Of a stretch of DNA of 64,000 bases, positions 57,091-64,000 are shown in pieces. Position numbers and translations under genes: made by a program. This DNA is from a virus: the IMG/VR virus record IMGVR_UViG_3300002835_007718, positions 1 to 64,000 of that record; one strand, written 5' to 3'. Below the pieces are notes generated by a model. It saw only the letters and a program-made list of their open reading frames with translations. It did not search any database and was not told the origin of the DNA. Position 1 is the stretch's first letter. Each line of letters starts with the position of its first letter.

Positions 57091-58320
57091 TTAAATTACA
57101 AGCTTTACCATATTGCCATAATTGTCACCAACCTCCACTTCGGTGGGAAACCCATCCGACTCCATAACTGCCTTTATCTTTTTGATATAGTCAATACCAT
57201 CATCTTCATGGACATCAAATAAAATTGAGTCATAAGTATAAAGAATTGGTAACGAGTTTTGAGTCAATTTTAGTTGAAACAATTTTTCTAATATAAGTAT
57301 GTTTCTTTCAGTCTCAACGGATTGAAGAATGTAGTTAAATAACTTGTTTTTGTTTAAATCTTGGTTAAAAACGAGAGTTCTTTGTAAAATTGGGGTGTTT
57401 ACGGACTTTTGCATTAAAAACATACTCCATAACGAGTCAATATACTCCGATGTTTTACTAAAAAATGGGATGTGTTTGTAATCATCTTGAACACCCCCAT
57501 ATAATTGTCTAAATGTTATTGCTTTTGCATCTTTGATGTCCGCGCCATATTGATTAGCTAACCATTGGTGTGCTTTAATGTTTAATGGTATGTCTATACC
57601 AATTAGTTTACCAATCAACCGAATGTGGTATCCATCAAAGTCGAGTTGATATAACTTACCATTTTTAAATCTTGATATAAATCGGTTACGAACCTCACCA
57701 TCTTTTGGAAGTGCTGCATAGTTTACACCACCAAAAGTGTTTGATGGTCTTGATGTAGTAGTCAACATATTATATTGAGTGTATTCTATACCCGCTTGGG
57801 TGTAAAGTCCACTCTTTTCTATCCAATTATACCCCTTTGGGTATAGTTGACTAAACTTATTGGAAATCACATTTTGTGATGTCCATTTATCTTTCCAATC
57901 TTGGAATTGTTCATAGTGTTTCCATATTGGAATAAGGTCATTTCCTCTTGGAGCTTTTCTCCTGCGGAACACTGTATAAATTGGTCGCTCATTAACCTCA
58001 AAATCTGACGCCTGATGGAATAATCCCATCTCAAGGTCATACATATTAGGTAGGAAGTCATAGTGGTGTAAGAACTCTTTTAAACCCACTACCCACACCT
58101 CTTTGAATGACCCAAACTCTATCTTATCCGTTACACCGCTTGCGTCTATATTATGGTAGTTTACAAATAAATCCAATTTACCATCTGAAATTATAATAGA
58201 TGATATACGAGACATTCGTGGGTGTTTTTCTAAACTTGATAGAATAGGAAACACCACAACTTTTTCGGAAAGTTGGGAGAGATGTTTATGTAATTCTCCT
58301 TGCGTGTCTACTATTTTCAC
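57091..58320 (-). CDS. Short family A DNA polymerase-like protein
   Basis: TTTSRPS, N...LPK, motif A LDFDGYHIRL, motif B AKAITF..LYG, N..LQS, motif C YDSILF. Confidence 0.85.
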   Translation of the reverse strand: MKIVDTQGELHKHLSQLSEKVVVFPILSSLEKHPRMSRISSIIISDGKLDLFVNYHNIDASGVTDKIEFGSFKEVWVVGLKEFLHHYDFLPNMYDLEMGLFHQASDFEVNERPIYTVFRRRKAPRGNDLIPIWKHYEQFQDWKDKWTSQNVISNKFSQLYPKGYNWIEKSGLYTQAGIEYTQYNMLTTTSRPSNTFGGVNYAALPKDGEVRNRFISRFKNGKLYQLDFDGYHIRLIGKLIGIDIPLNIKAHQWLANQYGADIKDAKAITFRQLYGGVQDDYKHIPFFSKTSEYIDSLWSMFLMQKSVNTPILQRTLVFNQDLNKNKLFNYILQSVETERNILILEKLFQLKLTQNSLPILYTYDSILFDVHEDDGIDYIKKIKAVMESDGFPTEVEVGDNYGNMVKLVI

Positions 58321-58332
58321 AAATTTTTATAC

Positions 58333-58752
58333 TTATATAAGTTTTACTTCAAAACGATTACGCATTTGTTCTAACTTATCTGATGGAACACCATGCTGAT
58401 TTACTCCACCATGTCGGTTTTCTACTACAATAGTGAATACCATATATCCATACTTCTCTGCTAATTTAAAATACTCTTCCATTTCCCACTCTTGGGTAAA
58501 TGTATTGGATACCACAATTTCAGGATAAAATTGTGGATTTACTTCATTATCCTTCATACGGGTTTCCACCTCATCTCTACACCACTTATGAGCTTCCCTT
58601 AATTTACTTGCATCAAAGTTATAATTTCCTTCCGAATCATAAAAAAACTTATCAGCTTCACATACAGCATACTCATTCCAAATAAAATTTGAAAATGTTG
58701 ATTTACCACTTCCTGGCAATCCTCTTACTAACGTTAATATTTTTGGTATCAT
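58333..58752 (-). CDS. P-loop kinase (AAA_33/polynucleotide kinase-like)
   Basis: RGLPGSGKST, EADKFF, VVSNTF, HGVP...MR.RFE. Confidence 0.88.
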   Translation of the reverse strand: MIPKILTLVRGLPGSGKSTFSNFIWNEYAVCEADKFFYDSEGNYNFDASKLREAHKWCRDEVETRMKDNEVNPQFYPEIVVSNTFTQEWEMEEYFKLAEKYGYMVFTIVVENRHGGVNQHGVPSDKLEQMRNRFEVKLI

Positions 58753-58756
58753 AATT

Positions 58757-59434
58757 TTATATTCTTTTTTCGTGATGGTCTTTAGGTAAAGATAGTTTCC
58801 TTACATCTCGACCTTTCATTATATTTAATACTTCATCCAATGAGATTGGTTTTAATTCGTTACCATCTACACCCACATCCATTGCTTTACCTTCGGCAAC
58901 TCTAAGGTGTGGTGGTAAGTGAACGTGTCCATGTAAGTGAACTACCCTATCAGCCATCCCATCCCAACTTGCAATTGGATAGTGCATACAAACAAATGTG
59001 AATTTATCCATCATACCTTTACCAATTGTAGATGGTCTACGAACATCCAAATGTAGATAATCGTGAGTAGAACTGAATAGGTCTTGAATCCCTTCTTTGT
59101 TGTTTCGAATGTGGTGGTCATGGTTTCCAAACGTAAGGTGAATGTTTTTACAAACCAAGCGTGAACGGAATTCTTCAATCTTTTCAAATCCACCAAAAGA
59201 CCAATCACCCAAGTGAATCAATACATCATCCTCACCAACTACCTCGTTGATGTTGTTAACCAACGTTGCGTTCATATGGTCTAAGGAGTTAAACTTACGA
59301 GTTAGATTCTCAGCACCCTTCCATTGAGTTGTAGCGGAACAAATGTTCGCGTGTGAGTAATGGGTATCACTCGTAAAATATAACCTTTGACCTTTTTCTA
59401 AAACAAGTTTCATATCCTCAACTTTATATAACAA
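58757..59434 (-). CDS. Calcineurin-like metallophosphoesterase
   Basis: SDTH, LGD, GNHD, HYP, HGHVH, DVGVD. Confidence 0.92.
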   Translation of the reverse strand: MLYKVEDMKLVLEKGQRLYFTSDTHYSHANICSATTQWKGAENLTRKFNSLDHMNATLVNNINEVVGEDDVLIHLGDWSFGGFEKIEEFRSRLVCKNIHLTFGNHDHHIRNNKEGIQDLFSSTHDYLHLDVRRPSTIGKGMMDKFTFVCMHYPIASWDGMADRVVHLHGHVHLPPHLRVAEGKAMDVGVDGNELKPISLDEVLNIMKGRDVRKLSLPKDHHEKRI

Positions 59435-59463
59435 ATATACTAATTCTATTTGAGATAGCCAAA
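59432..59463 (-). promoter_or_regulatory. Bacteroidota-type promoter
   Basis: TTTG-N20-TATATTTG. Confidence 0.65.
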
Positions 59464-59469
59464 TTTTAT

Positions 59470-60549
59470 TTACAATTTTTCAAATTTAGGTTTGATTAGT
59501 TTCCAAATAGTTGGTAAAATAGGCTTCCCATTATACATAGAAAATAAAACAGAGTTGTATTTGTGCGATTTAACTTCTTCCGCGTATTCTTTTTTTTGTA
59601 GATGCTTCAATTCATTAAATCTATTGATACAAACAGTTTCAATTTTATTGTAGTTTGTTTTTAGCTCGGTTTCGTATTCTTTGATTTTATCGTAGAACTC
59701 GTCTGGAACATCCTTTAACAAATCTTCCATATCATTACCATTGGAAAGTATTTCCCAAATTGATTTGGTAGATACTTCGGTCATAATTTTGTGCAACCTG
59801 ACATACTCTTCAAACTTAATTTTCATTCTAAAGTTGCCAGGAAAATATCTTAAAACAAAACCCTCTTTGTTAACTTCATTCTTTTCTTTTAATGAATTGT
59901 AAAGGTCATCTGAAAAATTAAAATGTTGTTCGGTTTTAACAATATCAGATTTGTTGATTCCGTTTGCTGAGAAAATAGAACAAGCCGTTGTCCAATGAAG
60001 TTCAGTTTCATCAGTTGGTTTCCAACCTGAAAATCCTTCGTTTAAAACCACAGATAAAAAAGTGATTTTTTCTTCACCATAGTTCACAACAATACGATTT
60101 TCAGGATAAATAATTTCTACAAGATAAGCATATTCTTTCATCCAAACTTTATCAAAGACTGAATAATTTCTTTTAAGAATTTCCATACCTTTGATTGATT
60201 GGTCTGAAGTAAATGAACCACGAGTCGCCATAATCCACTCACCTTCGTAGTTGAATAGAATACCCAATGACCCATCCATTTTTTCTTGGATGTAGACATA
60301 ATCGCCTTTGGTTGGTATCATACCTTTACCTGCGACCTCTTCATAGTTAAAGAATTTTGGGAATGGTCGAACCAATATCTTACCGGTATTATTATCGGTG
60401 ATAAGTCCTCTACACATCATCGTAATCTCATCCCACTTACTTTCGTATTGAGTAGTTTGGGAGTAGTTCCAAATAGTCAAAGGTAAGGTTGGGTGGGTTT
60501 GTTTAATCAACCAACCATCTTCGTAGTATTTGTTTAAGATTTCTAACAT
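59470..60549 (-). CDS. T4 Rnl1-like RNA ligase
   Basis: CRGLI, PFPKFFN, EKMDGS, TRGSF, EII.PENRIV, EGFV, KIK..EY. Confidence 0.92.
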   Translation of the reverse strand: MLEILNKYYEDGWLIKQTHPTLPLTIWNYSQTTQYESKWDEITMMCRGLITDNNTGKILVRPFPKFFNYEEVAGKGMIPTKGDYVYIQEKMDGSLGILFNYEGEWIMATRGSFTSDQSIKGMEILKRNYSVFDKVWMKEYAYLVEIIYPENRIVVNYGEEKITFLSVVLNEGFSGWKPTDETELHWTTACSIFSANGINKSDIVKTEQHFNFSDDLYNSLKEKNEVNKEGFVLRYFPGNFRMKIKFEEYVRLHKIMTEVSTKSIWEILSNGNDMEDLLKDVPDEFYDKIKEYETELKTNYNKIETVCINRFNELKHLQKKEYAEEVKSHKYNSVLFSMYNGKPILPTIWKLIKPKFEKL

Positions 60550-60550
60550 T

Positions 60551-61165
60551 TTAATTTAAGCTATTTGGGTAGTATAAAAGGGTTGGGTTTTTCTTTTGGA
60601 TATCAGGCAATTCACCTTCTACTGACATAAGCCGATTAAACTCCATTACATCAAAACGACTGGTGATTAAGTGGTAACCATTTTTAGTTGGGATAATCGC
60701 CTCAATCTTATTACCCTTCGGTTTACAACATTCATTAATTACTGTTTTAGTTTTAAGGAGATATAATCCACCACGTGTATCAACATCCACAATCCAACGT
60801 TTCTCATAGGTTTTCAACTGACCAACAACCGAATCAAATAAGTTCTTTTGGTTATGTTGACCATTACGAATCTTTTCAGCCAAAGTAACCATCATTTCCA
60901 ACGAAACATCTTTATGGTTTTGTTTCTGAATGTGGATATAAGCTCTTGCTTTAAACGTTTCACATAACTTCTGAATCTCATCCATTCGGTTTTCCAAATA
61001 CTGAATACTATCAACACAATAGGTTTTGATAGTTCGGACCGATTGGTGGTTATCTCGTTCACCTTCCGGCTGGTCTTTCTTTCGTTTGAAGATGTAAAGC
61101 ATATAGAAGTCACCTTCATTGTCAAAGTTTAAAAGTGGTTTGATGGGGTCTAAATTGTTAATCAT
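60551..61165 (-). CDS. Hypothetical protein with AEP primase-polymerase-like motifs
   Basis: WIVDVD (DxD) and TKNGYHL (TxxGxH). Confidence 0.5.
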   Translation of the reverse strand: MINNLDPIKPLLNFDNEGDFYMLYIFKRKKDQPEGERDNHQSVRTIKTYCVDSIQYLENRMDEIQKLCETFKARAYIHIQKQNHKDVSLEMMVTLAEKIRNGQHNQKNLFDSVVGQLKTYEKRWIVDVDTRGGLYLLKTKTVINECCKPKGNKIEAIIPTKNGYHLITSRFDVMEFNRLMSVEGELPDIQKKNPTLLYYPNSLN

Positions 61166-61170
61166 AACTT

Positions 61171-61338
61171 TTATTTATAATACATTTTAATAGTTTCCTC
61201 AATTTCTTCAGGTGTTAAACTATCACCTATTTCTTCAAGCATTTCTATGGTTGATGTACTAGTTTCTCCATAAGTGTCGATTTCACGATTAGCTCTTTCT
61301 TGCAACTCAATAAATCTTTTAACTTTTTGAATATTCAT
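61171..61338 (-). CDS. Small acidic hypothetical protein (55 aa)
   Basis: Manual translation MNIQKVKRFIELQERANREIDTYG...KMYYK; AAAAGTT leader like neighbouring genes. Confidence 0.6.
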   Translation of the reverse strand: MNIQKVKRFIELQERANREIDTYGETSTSTIEMLEEIGDSLTPEEIEETIKMYYK

Positions 61339-61362
61339 AACTTTTATTTTTATAGTTTATAA

Positions 61363-61752
61363 TTAGATACCTTGCTCTCTGCGCAAATCATATTCTTCTT
61401 TCTCAAACTCCGAATATTCAACCACCTTTAAATAAGGGTCAAACTTTGTTTCGTAATAACCATTCAGATTAGCCATACGAATCATTGAATCAATGAATGA
61501 TTTACGAACAAACGTCATATCAGATGAACCAAACCCTTGGTCTTCCGGCCAGTCTTGGTAATCTTCAGCCACATCGTTAAGGGCTTCGTAAACTGCATCA
61601 GCGTAAGTAATCACGCGTTTTGTGTATTTTCCTTCCACCGGAAATGTGTTTCGGATTACATCAAATCCTTCGATTAACGAAGAAGAGGCAAGAACTGAAT
61701 TAAGGTTAAATGGTAAGCTCATAGTATAAAGGGGTTTAAGTGTCTCAATCAT
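61363..61752 (-). CDS. Hypothetical protein
   Basis: ORF downstream of the 61760 promoter; true start may be MSLPF. Confidence 0.6.
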   Translation of the reverse strand: MIETLKPLYTMSLPFNLNSVLASSSLIEGFDVIRNTFPVEGKYTKRVITYADAVYEALNDVAEDYQDWPEDQGFGSSDMTFVRKSFIDSMIRMANLNGYYETKFDPYLKVVEYSEFEKEEYDLRREQGI

Positions 61753-61759
61753 TACTATA

Positions 61760-61815
61760 CAAATATAACAAAAAAGTTTGGATTGCCCAAACTTTCAATG
61801 TTAAATTTATGTTAA
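61760..61815 (-). promoter_or_regulatory. Promoter with upstream TTAACA-N5-TTAACA repeat
   Basis: TTAACA-N5-TTAACA-N7-TTTG-N20-TATATTTG. Confidence 0.7.
61768..61795 (-). terminator. Possible intrinsic terminator overlapping the promoter
   Basis: aaagtttgg-N5-ccaaacttt stem followed by a T-run on the minus strand; AT-rich and weak. Confidence 0.35.
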
Positions 61816-61821
61816 ATAATA

Positions 61822-62394
61822 TTATTGTGACACTCTTGCATACTCAATGTAATCCGTAACATAGTTACGAATACCCTCCATATTTGCTTCTGCAAGAAGA
61901 ACTAATCGCCGATTTGTATCAAATATACCGGTATCCATGCCAGAGTCATTTAATTTACCAGTTAGCTTCCATGGTAGTGTTAATTTTAAGTAAAAAATTT
62001 CATTTGCTTTTTCAAATGAATCCGAGTCCACCTCTGTAATGATTGATTGAAAATGTCTTTTTAAAAAAAACCTATTGTAAAACCCGTTTGTGTAATCATT
62101 TTCAGTTGGTATTGGTTTACCATAATTTATAAAATTAATTTTTACTACTTCCGATTGTTTAATCAAATCGTATTCAAATTTTTTATTTACAACATCCAAA
62201 TTAAGGTCTAAATATGGAATAAGTTTTTTAGACAATCCTAAAATGTATGATGAAAGTGTAAACACCTCATTTGTGATGTATCTATGGTAGTCACCAATAT
62301 ATTCGGTGCCATCTTCCAACATCCACTCTTTACCTTCGGTATAAAGCCCTCGTTGAATTTCGCCTTCAGGATAATATATTTTTTTTCTAGCCAT
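61822..62394 (-). CDS. Hypothetical protein, possibly structural
   Basis: LYT.G.E, YIGDYH, P...DY..G...RFF, L.WKLTG; coupled to the upstream large gene. Confidence 0.55.
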   Translation of the reverse strand: MARKKIYYPEGEIQRGLYTEGKEWMLEDGTEYIGDYHRYITNEVFTLSSYILGLSKKLIPYLDLNLDVVNKKFEYDLIKQSEVVKINFINYGKPIPTENDYTNGFYNRFFLKRHFQSIITEVDSDSFEKANEIFYLKLTLPWKLTGKLNDSGMDTGIFDTNRRLVLLAEANMEGIRNYVTDYIEYARVSQ

Positions 62395-64000
62395 TATGTC
62401 GTTACCATCATATATCCAACAACAGTAGTTTCGAATATTGCGCCATCTACTTTATGTTCAATTTCACCCACTACAAAAGTTATGTTACCAGTTCCAACGG
62501 AGGCCGGTATTGGGTCAACTGAAAATGATTGTCCAAATTTTGGATTAAATCCATCTACAGTTACACTTAAATCAATATTATATCTAATAGATATTTTTTT
62601 ACCAGGTAATTTTGAATTTATATATTCGCGAAGTATTTTTTTAAAATCAGTAGAAGTTGAGGTATCATATTTATTACCCATTTCTATAATTTTTTGTTTT
62701 AATTTTTCTTCAGATTCACTACTATCTATCGGAACTTTTGGAGAACACCCCCCAAATACATTAGATGCCATATTGTTTGGATATTTGCCACTTCCACCTG
62801 AAAATGCAATAGCTGCCATATCAGGATCCATATTAGATGACATATTAACTGATTTTACAGGACTATTAGGGCTTCTTAATGAAAGTATTGAGTTTCCGCT
62901 ATATGCTATGTCGTATTTTTTATTTACAATTTGAAATATATTTTTATTGTCAGGATCCGTTGTTATAACTAACTCAACAACTCCACCACTTAAATTTGAA
63001 ATTTCTCCAAATAATTTTGATAGATAGGTGTTTACTGAATATTCACCTTTTTTATCTTTATTAGATTGTTTATTTAATAAATCATCTTCTATTTTTTTTA
63101 AAAATTGTGTAGATATCCATAAATCGTTAGCGTCACCCATGTTACCTGCTAAGTCTGAAAAATTATTTTTATTTTCTCCGGCAGCGACATAAGCTCCGCC
63201 AGACGATGGAAAACATACCATAAGTGGGTCTGCTGACTTTAAAAATGGGAAGCTATGATATTTACCAGATAAAAATTGATATTGTTTTCCATTAGCAGAT
63301 TTTGCTATTGCCGTATTGATTTCTGAAATTACTCTACGTAGTTTAACCACAGTTGCGTAATTTGAAGTATCACTAAAAAATCCGGATTCTACAAACGCAT
63401 TAATAATTCCAAAATCACCCTTTGCTTTAGCTGAACCATCTTTTGATGGAATTCCTGCGCCAACTAATTCACCATCTTCGTTACGACTAACCCCTAATTC
63501 AGATTGGGCTTTAATATCTAATGCAGCAAACAAACTATATCCATTTTTTTCACCAACAGAATCTTTTACAGAACTACCACCATCTCCCGTTGGTAAAGTA
63601 ATACCCCCAGCCGTTCCAGCAGCACTACCTATTGCTTTTCCTGTGCAACTCCAAGACCCATCCTCCACATTGTAATTCCAACTAAAATCAAATATTGCAG
63701 CTTCAGATATACTAACAGAGTTTCCTGTATTATATCCAAAATTTACATTTATTAACGCGCCAGGTATCATAAACGAAGTTGCGCAAGCATCAAGTGTTGC
63801 TTTATCATAAACATTGTATTGAAATTCAATTTCCCACAATGCAGCTTCTGACAAATCACCACCACCATGGTTTTTAGTAGTAATGGATGTTAAATATGGG
63901 CCTGGAGCATACCTGCCACCACGTTTTACATCAGGCGGAGCTCCATTAAAAAAACTTAATGTTTGACTACCAGCGCACGTAAATTGGTTATTGCCTACAG
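62394..64000 (-). CDS. Putative tail/baseplate-hub-like protein (5' end outside the window)
   Basis: Frame stays open from 63854 to the window end; PG..INVNFGY, FSWNYN.DGSW.C, C-terminal F.VGEIEHKV...FETTV. Confidence 0.45.
   Translation of the reverse strand, partial: VGNNQFTCAGSQTLSFFNGAPPDVKRGGRYAPGPYLTSITTKNHGGGDLSEAALWEIEFQYNVYDKATLDACATSFMIPGALINVNFGYNTGNSVSISEAAIFDFSWNYNVEDGSWSCTGKAIGSAAGTAGGITLPTGDGGSSVKDSVGEKNGYSLFAALDIKAQSELGVSRNEDGELVGAGIPSKDGSAKAKGDFGIINAFVESGFFSDTSNYATVVKLRRVISEINTAIAKSANGKQYQFLSGKYHSFPFLKSADPLMVCFPSSGGAYVAAGENKNNFSDLAGNMGDANDLWISTQFLKKIEDDLLNKQSNKDKKGEYSVNTYLSKLFGEISNLSGGVVELVITTDPDNKNIFQIVNKKYDIAYSGNSILSLRSPNSPVKSVNMSSNMDPDMAAIAFSGGSGKYPNNMASNVFGGCSPKVPIDSSESEEKLKQKIIEMGNKYDTSTSTDFKKILREYINSKLPGKKISIRYNIDLSVTVDGFNPKFGQSFSVDPIPASVGTGNITFVVGEIEHKVDGAIFETTVVGYMMVTT

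Noticed and set aside
97-62934. The many short plus-strand ORFs in the track
   Set aside because: All lie antisense to longer minus-strand genes with recognisable motifs or tight coupling; treated as shadow ORFs
1-64000. Stop-codon recoding (as in some Bacteroidota phages)
   Set aside because: Core genes (polB, nrdAB, helicase, recA) are full length and coding density is high under the standard code

Overview
AT-rich, densely coding 64 kb window from a large T4-like (probably jumbo) tailed phage. Essentially all real genes are on the minus strand, and no tRNA, rRNA, CRISPR array, integrase or transposase was seen. The host is most likely a Bacteroidota bacterium: at least 12 promoters match the TTTG-N19/20-TAnnTTTG consensus, start codons have A-rich leaders without Shine-Dalgarno sequences, and one gene carries a T9SS C-terminal sorting domain. 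Blocks, left to right: (1) 1-5.9 kb, putative late/virion proteins, several with [I/L]-x-E motifs resembling T4 prohead-protease sites, including an Ntn-hydrolase; (2) 5.9-12 kb, a six-gene operon for a host-envelope apparatus: a T9SS-exported cohesin-dockerin-cohesin protein, a membrane anchor, a CsgG-like lipoprotein, a Gly/Ser-stalked beta-barrel protein, a PA14+dockerin-like protein and a second CsgG-like protein (best candidate for an undescribed system); (3) 12.1-13.3 kb, holin-like protein and endolysin; (4) 14-30.4 kb, a glycosylation island with about 10 glycosyltransferases, NeuB/NeuA nonulosonate genes, methyltransferases and Ugd; (5) 31-58 kb, a T4-like replisome (clamp, clamp loaders, PolB, helicase, RNase H/FEN, RecA/UvsX, SSB, NrdAB, a short PolA) interleaved with three Mom-like and two DUF4338-like proteins, Nmad1, a glycosyltransferase, a MazG-like protein and a nuclease, suggesting DNA hypermodification; (6) 58-61 kb, a split RNA-repair module; (7) 61.8-64 kb, probable structural genes. 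All family assignments come from motif recognition by eye, not from database searches.
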